Positions 1 to 10,475 of a stretch of 56,709 nucleotides of DNA are shown here, one piece after another. The position numbers were made by a program, and so were the translations under genes. Position 1 is the stretch's first letter; every line of letters starts with the position of its first letter. This DNA comes from Ignavibacteriaceae bacterium. Lineage in GTDB: Bacteria > Bacteroidota > Ignavibacteria > Ignavibacteriales > Ignavibacteriaceae. Location: contig JBJKRP010000148.1 in the NCBI GenBank assembly GCA_046704565.1, positions 1 to 56,709 of the forward strand, in the 5' to 3' direction. The notes under the pieces were generated by a model. That model was not told where the DNA came from, searched no databases, and saw nothing but the letters and a program-made list of their open reading frames with translations.

Positions 1-334
1 TAGCACGCTGATCGGAAGTTAAAATGTTTTCGATTGCCATGTTGGCTTTGGTTATTATCTGCTGCCGTTGTTGCGTACCGGCAGCCATGCTTAACTGCTG
101 GTTGGCAGATGTTAGTATTGAGTCGACCGTAGTTACCTGGCCGGCTGTTAAATCGAGCTTGTTCTTTAGCTCTTCGGTTGTAAAAAGTGAATCTTCCATT
201 CTTTCCCCGCTTATAACTATGTTAGAACTGCAATAGATAAGAGATAATTTTGCTGATTCGGATCTCTTACTCATCGCATTCGACCCGGCAATAAAAGTCA
301 GGGCTAATATCGCCGACATGATTATTGCTTTCAT
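1..334 (-). CDS. Secreted LTxxQ-motif (Spy/CpxP-like) protein, C-terminus cut by window edge
   Basis: Open frame on the minus strand from the ATG at 334-332 to the window edge; it is absent from the ORF track because it has no stop. Translation begins MKAIIMSAILALTFIAGSNA (signal-peptide-like) and contains LTAGQ and LTSDQ, which are LTxxQ motifs. Confidence 0.45.
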   Translation of the reverse strand, partial: MKAIIMSAILALTFIAGSNAMSKRSESAKLSLIYCSSNIVISGERMEDSLFTTEELKNKLDLTAGQVTTVDSILTSANQQLSMAAGTQQRQQIITKANMAIENILTSDQRA

Positions 335-580
335 CTTACACCTCTCTAATTTGTTGAACATAATCAAATTAATTATCGCTAAGTGTAGCGGGGGCAATTT
401 TAGCTACCACTCATCTTGTAATCAATGGAATATACAGGCAATGAAAATCTGTTGACGGATGTTTATTTCAGGGATGAAAGCTGCATGCGATTTTTTACAC
501 ACCTAACCTTTTCTTAAAACAAAATAATCTTTAACTTTTGTGAGAATCTTTTATACATTCGAAATTATCCGGGAGGAAGC

Positions 581-1033
581 ATGGCTCGTAAAATAATCGG
601 TTTAATTGCGGGATATATTGCAATGGCTATATTTTTGTTCGTCACATTCTCAATCCTGTATTCGGTACTGGGTGCCGACGGATCTTTTAAGCCGGGCTCA
701 TTTCAAATCTCCACCAACTGGGCTGTGTTTAGTATTATCCTGACATTTCTTGGCGCCATTGACGGCGGCGTTGTTTGTATGCTAATCGCAAAACATAAAG
801 GAACTGTATTGGTATTGGCTGCCTTTATACTTGTTGTCGGTATTGCATCCGCCGTACCCAAGCTTGTCTCGCCGGAGTCAGCCGCAAACAAAATACGAAT
901 AGGAAACGTAACCAATCTTGAAGCCATGCAGAATGCCGAGCAGCCTGTTTCGATTTTATTGATCAATCCGGTATTAAGTGCAGCCGGAATTTTTCTCGGA
1001 GGAAGCTTGATTAAATCAAAGAAAAAAAGTTAA
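581..1033 (+). CDS. Hypothetical integral membrane protein (about 4 TM helices)
   Basis: ATG preceded by a GGGAGGAA RBS. The sequence is strongly hydrophobic with helix-length segments. No recognisable catalytic motif. Confidence 0.55.
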   Translation: MARKIIGLIAGYIAMAIFLFVTFSILYSVLGADGSFKPGSFQISTNWAVFSIILTFLGAIDGGVVCMLIAKHKGTVLVLAAFILVVGIASAVPKLVSPESAANKIRIGNVTNLEAMQNAEQPVSILLINPVLSAAGIFLGGSLIKSKKKS

Positions 1034-1120
1034 CAGGCGGTTGTCCTTGGATAGTCGCTGCAGGGAATATCAGCTTTCATATTTAGCCTCAATTTAAAAA
1101 GAATTTATATAGAATTAAAA

Positions 1121-1148
1121 AAGCGGTCGCAATGACCGCTTATTTATT
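1121..1148. terminator. Bidirectional intrinsic terminator between convergent genes
   Basis: Stem AGCGGTC (1122-1128) pairs with GACCGCT (1134-1140) around a 5-nt loop. An A-run lies upstream and a T-rich tract downstream. Confidence 0.5.
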
Positions 1149-1172
1149 ATGTTTGGCAATTTATCCGGGTAA

Positions 1173-1715
1173 TTAAATATTAAAATTTTGAGTGAACCAG
1201 AATTGGAGCGTATCGTTAACAGGGATCAGTAAAAGCGAAGGGCGCTTTATTTTAAATTCCGTAAGACTAATGTCAAACTTTCCGTTAACAGTAAGCTTGT
1301 TATTCTTCCAAACGACTGCGGCAGGAATATAAATTTTTTTAGTAACCCCATGGAAAGAAAGGCTGCCCCAAATCTGAAGGCTGTCTCCTTTCTGTGTTAC
1401 CGAACTGCTTATAAACCTTGCGTCGGGATAATAGATCTCTTCAACAACCTCCATTGCATGGGAATCACGGTTGGAATTACCGCTGTCGAACGAATTCACG
1501 GGAACCTGTACTGCAACGTCTTTTATCAGCTTCGCTTTCACATCGGCATCTATTGCACAGTAAACGTCCTTGCTGACCGCTACAACTTCGTGGAGCGGAT
1601 GCGTTAGCTTGTACTTAATAAATGAATCCGACTTATCGGCAAGGTAGCGTTTAACCTGTCCCAATGATAAAGTAAACGGTATAATTAATAACAAAAAAAA
1701 TAATTTCGTCTTCAT
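1173..1715 (-). CDS. YceI-like periplasmic polyisoprenoid-binding family protein
   Basis: N-terminal signal peptide, about 180 aa, with an FDSGNSNRDSH motif typical of YceI-like proteins. Confidence 0.65.
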   Translation of the reverse strand: MKTKLFFLLLIIPFTLSLGQVKRYLADKSDSFIKYKLTHPLHEVVAVSKDVYCAIDADVKAKLIKDVAVQVPVNSFDSGNSNRDSHAMEVVEEIYYPDARFISSSVTQKGDSLQIWGSLSFHGVTKKIYIPAAVVWKNNKLTVNGKFDISLTEFKIKRPSLLLIPVNDTLQFWFTQNFNI

Positions 1716-1728
1716 AACATTCTCCTAA

Positions 1729-2520
1729 TTAAAAAACTATAACCAGCATTGAAGCCGTAAACACCGCAGTTGTAATATAACCGGCAACCTGATGGAAGTG
1801 TGCCTGATCCATATTGAACACGCGGTGATGCCTGATTGTAGAGCCGATAATCGGAGTAACAATCATCCCGATTAGGTGAATCCATGCAAGAGTTTTATGT
1901 ATAGCCACAGTACCGCCTTCATCTCTCCTGATCATCGGAGGGGGAGAAAGTACTGCAAGCAGACCGGTAGCGGCATAAGAAAGAATAGTCGCCGTAATAA
2001 TAGTCTGATGAATGTCTCCCATGCGTCTGTCTCCGTCAATTGTTCGTTGACCGAAATAATCTGCAGTAAGCATTAAAGCGAGAGTAGTAAATCCGCCTAT
2101 CTGGTGTGCAGTCAACATCGTTCTTCGCAGCCGTAGTTCACTCATTCTTTCTTGAGGTGAAAGAGGCGGCTCAATTCCAAGTGTGTGAACCAGACCGTTT
2201 TCGCCCCAAAGAATTCTCTCGCCGAAGCTCAAATTTTTAGGAAGAAGCCTTGGTTTGTCGGGCGGCGGAAGCAGGTTCTGTGCAGTCGAATCGGGTACGG
2301 TATATGATTCAGCAATAACCGTGCTGGGATTCATGAAGGCAAGGCTTGTCCTTTTAACAGGATGTAAAGAATTTTCCTGTGCAAAGGAATTTGAGCAGAT
2401 GAACAATAAAAAGATCAAGTAGAAATAGACTAAGCTTTGTTTTTTCCGGCAGCTTAATTTTATTGGAGTAAAGTCGGCTGCCGGTTGAATAATCCGGATG
2501 TCTCTCCCTATAATTTTCAT
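1729..2520 (-). CDS. Membrane protein with His-rich TM helices, function unknown
   Basis: Hydrophobic helices carry many histidines (HQIGG, HQTIIT, HKTLAWIH, RHHRVF, HFHQVAGY). It sits immediately upstream of the YceI-like gene, with a 13-nt gap. Confidence 0.5.
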   Translation of the reverse strand: MKIIGRDIRIIQPAADFTPIKLSCRKKQSLVYFYLIFLLFICSNSFAQENSLHPVKRTSLAFMNPSTVIAESYTVPDSTAQNLLPPPDKPRLLPKNLSFGERILWGENGLVHTLGIEPPLSPQERMSELRLRRTMLTAHQIGGFTTLALMLTADYFGQRTIDGDRRMGDIHQTIITATILSYAATGLLAVLSPPPMIRRDEGGTVAIHKTLAWIHLIGMIVTPIIGSTIRHHRVFNMDQAHFHQVAGYITTAVFTASMLVIVF

Positions 2521-2708
2521 TTAGCCTCTCAGGATGTTTAAAAATAAAAAAGCAACGGTACAACAATTATTAAAAGCCTTCTCTTGCCGAAAAGAAAGGA
2601 CTTTTAACAATTTACTATACTCGTTGCTTTCTAAAATTTGTTTACTGAAACTTAGGAACTGTTACCATAGTAAACAATATGCCTAAGACATAAATGATTA
2701 CAAGCACA

Positions 2709-4688
2709 TTAATTTGCCCTCAAATGGAAATACACCTTTACAATGGTTCCCTTCCCTTCGATGCTTTCTATTGTAATGCTGCCGTTAATCCTGTCTAACA
2801 ATCTTTTGGAAATTGCAAGTCCTAATCCTATGCCTTCATACCTTCTTGAAAGACCTTCGCTTAGCTGTCTGAATTCCTGGAATAAAAGATTTTCTTTATC
2901 TTTAGGAATTCCAATTCCCGTATCGCTGATCTCAATAACGGCTTGTCTTTTATTTTTAACGGAAGTTGAAATGCGAACGCCTCCCTTTTCCGTAAACTTA
3001 ATTGCATTGTCCATTAAGTTATCGAGAATATCCCTCAAAAGTATTTTATCGGTATTAACAATAATAGGGTCTTCCCGGAAATCAACATTCATTATCAGTT
3101 TTTTCTGGTTAGCAGAATTCTGAAATGAACCGGCAACGTGTCTGACTATTTCATTTAAATTGTAATACTCAAAATGAGGAAGGAAGTTATTCGCCTCAAG
3201 ATATGAAAGATTAAGAAAAAGGTTTATCATCCTTAGAAGTCTTTTACCGTTGTCATAAATATTATTCAGATCTTCCAGAATTTCCGAATCTTCCAGTTTA
3301 TCCTTTATTATTTCGGAATAGCCGAGGATGCTCTGCAGCGGAGTCCTGAGCTCATGGCTTAAATTGGAAAGAATAATATGCTTCAGTTCTTCGATCTCAT
3401 CGGATTTCCTATCGGCTTCTCTTAATTTCTTTTCAATCTCTACCCTATCGGTAATATCTCTTGATACTGAAATAATTTCTTTCTCCCCGGAAATCTGGTC
3501 TCCCGGAATAATCTTAGCCGTGCTTTCAAGCCAGAGATATCTGCCCTGGAAATTTTTAATTCTGAACCTTGTTTTGTAATGAGCCGTTTCCACCATGTTC
3601 TGGATACCGCTGCTAATCCTTGCCTTGTCGTCCGGATGCATGAAATTGAAAATATTTTCTGCAATAAGAAAGCTCGGTTTATAGCCAAGCAGTTTAAGCG
3701 AGACAGGCGAAGCATAATTTATTTTCCCTTCCGCCGTTTGTCTTATAATCAAATCCGTAGAGTTAGCTGCGACAAGCTTGTAGTTGTTTAGGCTTTCCTC
3801 AAGCAGCTTAAATGTTAGTCTCTTTTCAGTAACATCATGGATAATGATAAAGTAAAGAGAATTGTTAATGTTCTTAAAAGGCTGGAAGTACATTTCAACA
3901 TCAATTATTTTATTATGCTTGGTAATATGTGTTGACTCAAAGCGGTTGTAGCACTCTTCCCTGATTGATCTGAAAATCCTGTAGGCATTCTCCCCTTCCA
4001 CAGGGTGATATAAATTGTTGAAATGCATATTAAGGAACTCATCCTGCGAATAGCCGTACATTCGGATTGCCCCATCATTGACCTGGAGTATCCTCATAGA
4101 GGCTTCGTCCGCAACTATCATCGGCACAAGGTTCTTTTTTACGGCATGACGGAAGAAACAATTTGTCAGCGTTTCCTTGCCTTGCTCTATATCGTGCATA
4201 ATTAAAGGCGAGACGATTATATAATAATACAGCTCGCCGCAGTCGATTATACTTGTTATATAAAGTTCTGCGGGTAGCTCGGTACCGTCTTTCTTCCTTA
4301 TTGTAGTAAACACCTCGTGTCCGTTTTTCCCGGAGGCAAGTGTAAATAATTCAATTTGATTAAAGGAAGGACAAACTTCGTTTATGTTTCTGCCGATTAA
4401 TTCTTCTTCGGTAAATTGGAACTCCTTTTCCGAAGTCAAATTTGCTGAGTAAAAACTATTATCATCGGACCTAAGTACCCACACAGGGTAAGGATGCGCA
4501 TTAACAGTTCTCTCATAAAAAGGTACACCAAGTTGCTTATTCATGGCTGCATACTCCAAAAAAATAATATGATGCGATATAGAAAATTCAGCCTGCTGAA
4601 AAGGAATAGAAAATAACCGTAAGCACCCTCTTAAGAGTACCGTAAATTTCCGTAAAATTTTTTCGATAATCAACTCCCGGAATTTCAC
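2709..4688 (-). CDS. Multi-PAS sensor histidine kinase
   Basis: H-box LSHELRTPLQSILGYSE, N-box DNLMDNAIKFT, G-boxes SDTGIGI and GIGLGLA, and PAS-like repeats upstream. The true start may be the ATG at 4544 (MNKQLGV...), which follows a GGAG. Confidence 0.85.
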   Translation of the reverse strand: MKFRELIIEKILRKFTVLLRGCLRLFSIPFQQAEFSISHHIIFLEYAAMNKQLGVPFYERTVNAHPYPVWVLRSDDNSFYSANLTSEKEFQFTEEELIGRNINEVCPSFNQIELFTLASGKNGHEVFTTIRKKDGTELPAELYITSIIDCGELYYYIIVSPLIMHDIEQGKETLTNCFFRHAVKKNLVPMIVADEASMRILQVNDGAIRMYGYSQDEFLNMHFNNLYHPVEGENAYRIFRSIREECYNRFESTHITKHNKIIDVEMYFQPFKNINNSLYFIIIHDVTEKRLTFKLLEESLNNYKLVAANSTDLIIRQTAEGKINYASPVSLKLLGYKPSFLIAENIFNFMHPDDKARISSGIQNMVETAHYKTRFRIKNFQGRYLWLESTAKIIPGDQISGEKEIISVSRDITDRVEIEKKLREADRKSDEIEELKHIILSNLSHELRTPLQSILGYSEIIKDKLEDSEILEDLNNIYDNGKRLLRMINLFLNLSYLEANNFLPHFEYYNLNEIVRHVAGSFQNSANQKKLIMNVDFREDPIIVNTDKILLRDILDNLMDNAIKFTEKGGVRISTSVKNKRQAVIEISDTGIGIPKDKENLLFQEFRQLSEGLSRRYEGIGLGLAISKRLLDRINGSITIESIEGKGTIVKVYFHLRAN

Positions 4689-4800
4689 GGGTGGTTTTGA
4701 TCACCTGACTAACTAATTATAAATAATGATTCGTTGCGGAAAGGTAAGATTATATCGTGTACAGTTTACACATATTTGATTTTATGTTGAGTGCTGAATA

Positions 4801-4842
4801 TTGAGAATTGAATGTTGATAAACCTCAACATTCAACTCTCAA
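4801..4842 (-). terminator. Long hairpin downstream of amtB (putative terminator)
   Basis: 18-bp arms TTGAGAATTGAATGTTGA / TCAACATTCAACTCTCAA with 1 mismatch and a 6-nt loop. The trailing U-tract is weak. Confidence 0.4.
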
Positions 4843-4912
4843 GCTTCATTTCCTCTTTTATAACACTGGTTCGCAGATAGAAGGATTAGTTAAAGAGTAA
4901 ACTGGCAAATCA

Positions 4913-6220
4913 CTAAAATGAATAACCACTCTCGCCGTGCTGGCTTAAATCAAGTCCTTCCATTTCATCCTCCGGATCCACCCGGATTCCCATAGTTTTA
5001 TCCAAAACCTTAAGGATGACCCACGTTACTATAAATGAATATCCGATTGCGGCTACAACGCTGACTGCTTGAATGCCAAGCTGCATCGGGTTCCCGAAAA
5101 ACAAACCGTTGGCTCCTGCCGGGTTAATTAAAGTTGAGGCAAATAATCCCGTTGCCAATGCTCCAAACGTACCGCCGACGCCGTGAACTCCCACAGCATC
5201 AAGAGTATCATCATAGCCAAGTTTGGACTTAATATTCACAGCAAAATAACAGAGCACTCCAACACATAAGCCAATTATTAAAGCGGGCATCGGACCAACA
5301 AAACCCGAAGCAGGAGTGATGGCAACTAATCCGGCAACGGCTCCGGAAGCGGCACCTAGAACTGTCGGTTCCCCGCGGTGTATCCATTCAGTCAGCATCC
5401 ACGATATTGTTGCTGCAGCGGCGGCAATATGAGTAACTACAAATGCAGATACTGCGAGTGAGCCGGATGCTACTGCGCTGCCCGCATTGAATCCAAACCA
5501 TCCGAACCACAGAAGCGCCGCTCCCGTTAATGTCATTGTCAAATTATTCGGTTTTGAAAGCTCATCTAAATGAACTCTTCGCTTGCCTATCATTAAAGCT
5601 GCTACAAGCGCAGAGACGCCGGAACTGATGTGGACAACAAGCCCGCCCGCAAAGTCAAGCGCGCCGAGATTTCTTATCCACCCGCCTACTCCCCATACCC
5701 AGTGTGCAATAGGCGCATAAACAAAAGTCGACCACAGGATAACAAATATCAGGTAGGTTTTAAATTTAAATCTTTCCGCAAAGGCACCCGTAATAAGAGC
5801 CGGCGTAATTACGGCAAACATCATTTGAAAAATCATATAAGCTTCATGAGGAACAGTCGGCGCATAATCAGGATCTGGCGCTAGCCCCACTCCGTTCAGC
5901 CCAAACCATTTTAAGCTGCCGATAACATGACCGACGTCGGGACCGAAGGCAAGACTGTATCCCCAAAGCATCCATACAATTGATACAACACCGAGCGCAA
6001 TAAAGCTTTGCATTATTGTTCCAAGAACATTCTTGCGTCTAACCATTCCTCCGTAGAATAATGCCAAGCCCGGTGTCATCAGCATTACAAGAGCGGTTGA
6101 GATCAATAACCACGCGGTATCGCCTTTATCAATTGCGGCAGTGGCTGCCGGTGCAGCAGCATAAGCCGCATTAATGCCCGCTGCAAAAATTAATAAGAAG
6201 CTCAACCTGAAATATTTCAT
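4913..6220 (-). CDS. amtB: Ammonium transporter (Amt family)
   Basis: Signal peptide plus 11-TM profile. Amt signature stretches are present: DFAGGLVVHISSG, FGWFGFNAGS, HGVGGTFG. Confidence 0.95.
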   Translation of the reverse strand: MKYFRLSFLLIFAAGINAAYAAAPAATAAIDKGDTAWLLISTALVMLMTPGLALFYGGMVRRKNVLGTIMQSFIALGVVSIVWMLWGYSLAFGPDVGHVIGSLKWFGLNGVGLAPDPDYAPTVPHEAYMIFQMMFAVITPALITGAFAERFKFKTYLIFVILWSTFVYAPIAHWVWGVGGWIRNLGALDFAGGLVVHISSGVSALVAALMIGKRRVHLDELSKPNNLTMTLTGAALLWFGWFGFNAGSAVASGSLAVSAFVVTHIAAAAATISWMLTEWIHRGEPTVLGAASGAVAGLVAITPASGFVGPMPALIIGLCVGVLCYFAVNIKSKLGYDDTLDAVGVHGVGGTFGALATGLFASTLINPAGANGLFFGNPMQLGIQAVSVVAAIGYSFIVTWVILKVLDKTMGIRVDPEDEMEGLDLSQHGESGYSF

Positions 6221-6423
6221 TATATTTTCCTCCTTGCTTTTTTAATTCAAAAAAATAATTATCATTATATAAAAGAAATTCCGGCTGAATTAATATAGAA
6301 CGGAAAGTAAATTGTCTGTAATCTGTCTTTTGTTGTAATTAAACAGATGCGCCTGCACTTGTAATACAATTCTACCACGGTAGTCTTATTTTCATGATTT
6401 GTAAACATGTCTAAATAAAGTCT

Positions 6424-6762
6424 CTAAAGGATCCCTTCGCCGGATTCTTCCGTCCTTACTCTAACCGCACCTTCAACAGGAAGAATAAAAATTTTACCGT
6501 CGCCCACTTCGCCCGTCTTTGAGTTCTCAATTATTATTGATAACGCCTGTTCGGCTCTTTTGTCGCTGCAAACTATTTCCAGCTTTACTTTGGGTACAAA
6601 TTCAATTTTGTACTCGGCACCTCTGTAGACTTCCGTATGCCCTTTCTGCCTGCCGTAACCTTTAACTTCGCTGACCGTAAGCCCGCTGAAGCCTGCCTCC
6701 TGCAATGCATGATGGACCTCATCCAGTTTGTGAGGTCTTATAACTGCCGTTATTAATTTCAT
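6424..6762 (-). CDS. glnK: Nitrogen regulatory protein P-II
   Basis: MKLITAVIRPHKL..., with a T-loop GRQKGHTEVYRGAEY that includes the conserved Tyr. From the ATG at 6762 the protein is 112 aa; the ORF-track start at 6810 adds 16 atypical residues. The gene lies upstream of amtB. Confidence 0.9.
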   Translation of the reverse strand: MKLITAVIRPHKLDEVHHALQEAGFSGLTVSEVKGYGRQKGHTEVYRGAEYKIEFVPKVKLEIVCSDKRAEQALSIIIENSKTGEVGDGKIFILPVEGAVRVRTEESGEGIL

Positions 6763-7261
6763 ATTAATACTTGCCCTAATTAGATTTTGCAAAAAACTGC
6801 CGGTATTCATTTAGTAAATAAGCTAAATTCAGGAACCAGCTTCCAAATATACTAAATATTTTGATTTTCACCTTACTATTTTAGGAATGTTTGATAAATT
6901 AATTTATTAATTAAAAATGCATGCCAGCTTTTTGAAATAAAATCAATCAATTATGAATTTTTAGCAATTATCACAATTATTTTTTTTGAGGTGACATCGT
7001 GTGTTTAGAAAGCATATTATTTCTTAAGAGTAAATATTTATTTCTTTTGCTGCCATGCCAATTCCTCTAAACAGCTTACCTTCACATTATCTTTGGACAG
7101 AATTTTTTATTCGTCAGCAGCCATATTTAAGATGTCGAAACAATGTTGGGAAAGCTCTCAACTTATTTCAATCCTTTAGAATTATATTCTTACAAATACG
7201 TTGGCATTCCATCGACCATTGCTTCTCCCTAATTTGCCGTCACAGTCACCAAACTTTTTTC

Positions 7262-7290
7262 TTGACAAATTTTTTCGAAGGATGTATATT
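7262..7290 (+). promoter_or_regulatory. Sigma-70-type promoter of groESL
   Basis: TTGACA (7262-7267), a 17-nt spacer, then TATATT (7285-7290). The -10 element abuts the CIRCE element. Confidence 0.5.
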
Positions 7291-7315
7291 AGCACTCGCT
7301 TTTTGAGAGTGCTAA
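7289..7315 (+). promoter_or_regulatory. CIRCE operator (HrcA binding site)
   Basis: Perfect TTAGCACTC-N9-GAGTGCTAA inverted repeat, 41 nt upstream of the groES ATG. Confidence 0.85.
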
Positions 7316-7355
7316 TATATAAACAATAAGTAATCAATTATCAGGAGGTTAAAAT

Positions 7356-7652
7356 ATGGCAAAAATTAATTTAAAGCCGCTGGCTGACAGAGTAATAGTA
7401 AAGCCAAGCGAGGCTGAAGAAAAGACAAAGGGCGGAATCATACTGCCGGATACGGCAAAGGAGAAACCAATAGAAGGAACCGTTGTTGCAATCGGTCCTG
7501 GCAAAACAGCAGATGACGGAAAGGTTGTTAAGCCGGAAGTAAAAGTCGGCGATAAAGTTTTGTACGGCAAGTACAGCGGTACCGAAGTCACCGTTGAAGG
7601 TGAAGAGTATTTAATTATGAGAGAAAGCGACATTTTCGCTATTATCGGTTAA
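7356..7652 (+). CDS. groES: Co-chaperonin GroES
   Basis: 98 aa; [12 protein letters not shown]...[13 protein letters not shown] mobile loop; AGGAGG RBS. Confidence 0.97.
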   Translation: MAKINLKPLADRVIVKPSEAEEKTKGGIILPDTAKEKPIEGTVVAIGPGKTADDGKVVKPEVKVGDKVLYGKYSGTEVTVEGEEYLIMRESDIFAIIG

Positions 7653-7692
7653 TCAGATAAGCCAAAGGCTTACAAGGAATTTAATAAACTAA

Positions 7693-9345
<1,653 letters not shown>

Positions 9346-9428
9346 AAAGTTTAAGCTTGCCATACGAAGCTTTAGCGGGTATGGATCAAGACTAACTTTA
9401 AGAACAGGAACAGTACATTCTTTTCATA

Positions 9429-9460
9429 AGGCGGAAGTAATATTCCGCCTTTTTATTTTT
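9429..9460 (+). terminator. Intrinsic terminator of groESL
   Basis: Stem AGGCGGAA / TTCCGCCT with a 7-nt loop, followed by TTTTATTTTT. Confidence 0.7.
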
Positions 9461-9640
9461 AAATCTCGAAAAAAAAATAGTTTACATTGAAATTTTAACG
9501 CTTTGCTCCATGCCTCCAGAAAACTATCCCAATTTTTCTACCTATGACATAAAATATTTTGTGCAAAACATCATAGTGTCAAAAACTATTATTTCATTAC
9601 TTCGTGCCGCACTTATGTTTAATATTTACGGAGATACTAT

Positions 9641-10204
9641 ATGTTGAAGAAACAGGTGTTAGTATTGTTTGCGGTTCTGTTTATTACTGCTTTTATAAAA
9701 GCGCAGGGTCTATATTTAGGACCGCAGGTCGGATGGCAGAAAGCTTCAAGCGCTGACGACGGCAAATTCATGTTCGGTGCTGCCGTTAGAATTAAGCTTT
9801 CCGACGCATTAGGCGTAGAAGGCTCTATCAATTACAGACAGGAAAATTATAACAACGGAAACGTAACAGTTACAAGCTACCCGGTAATGGTTACAGGAAT
9901 GATTTATCCAATAAGCATAGTTTACGGCGCTATTGGATTCGGCTGGTATAATACTTCGATTGCCTACTCGCCTTCACTCCATCAATTGGGAATAACTGAC
10001 CAGACCGAACAAAAGGTCGGATGGCACTTCGGCGCCGGAGTTGAGCTTCCGCTAAGCGGCTCAGTCAGTTCCCCAAATACTATTCTGACTGCAGATATAA
10101 GATATGTCTTTTTAAATTATGATTTCCAGCAGTTTCCCGGTTCGGGTAATCTGAAAAGTGATTTTATTGTACTTACAGCCGGGTTGCTCTTCAACCTTGA
10201 ATGA
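9641..10204 (+). CDS. Small outer-membrane beta-barrel protein
   Basis: Signal peptide MLKKQVLVLFAVLFITAFIKAQ, alternating amphipathic beta-strand pattern, and aromatic-rich strand ends. Confidence 0.55.
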   Translation: MLKKQVLVLFAVLFITAFIKAQGLYLGPQVGWQKASSADDGKFMFGAAVRIKLSDALGVEGSINYRQENYNNGNVTVTSYPVMVTGMIYPISIVYGAIGFGWYNTSIAYSPSLHQLGITDQTEQKVGWHFGAGVELPLSGSVSSPNTILTADIRYVFLNYDFQQFPGSGNLKSDFIVLTAGLLFNLE

Positions 10205-10475
10205 ACATCTCGGCTGCGGAACTTCAACTTAATAAAAAGAAGTTTCTAAATGCTCATAATGTTTTGCCGGTAAACAGGTATAGTGCAAATCGTACGCCTT
10301 ATGCCTGTATACCGGTATACCTTAGCCATCTTAAAATAAATATATCCCGGCACATTTAAATTAAAGTTTGTACGAATACAGGCTCCCCTTTATTCCTTTC
10401 ACAATAAATTGCTATATTGTATATCAATTGAAGAAAATATTTTTGTGAAGAGAATCTTACAGTGGAGAATAATAT

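Noticed and set aside
6789-6802. Sigma-54-like element CGGCAGTTTTTTGCA on the minus strand just upstream of glnK.
   Set aside because: Nine nt separate GG and GC rather than the canonical ten, the first base is C not T, and the element lies only about 30 nt from the start codon. It is not good enough to call without a PWM scan or TSS data.
6763-6810. N-terminal 16-codon extension of the P-II ORF in the ORF track.
   Set aside because: P-II proteins are about 112 aa and start MKxIxAIIRP. The ATG at 6762 gives exactly that, and the extension has no homology-like features.
7055-7306. 83-aa plus-strand ORF upstream of groES.
   Set aside because: It overlaps the groESL promoter and the CIRCE operator, has no RBS, and its composition is low-complexity and AT-driven. 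I consider it spurious.
10267-10315. 12-bp imperfect inverted repeat CCGGTAAACAGG...CCTGTATACCGG downstream of the OMP gene.
   Set aside because: It has one mismatch, a 25-nt loop and no U-tract. It could be a weak terminator, but there is too little support to annotate it.
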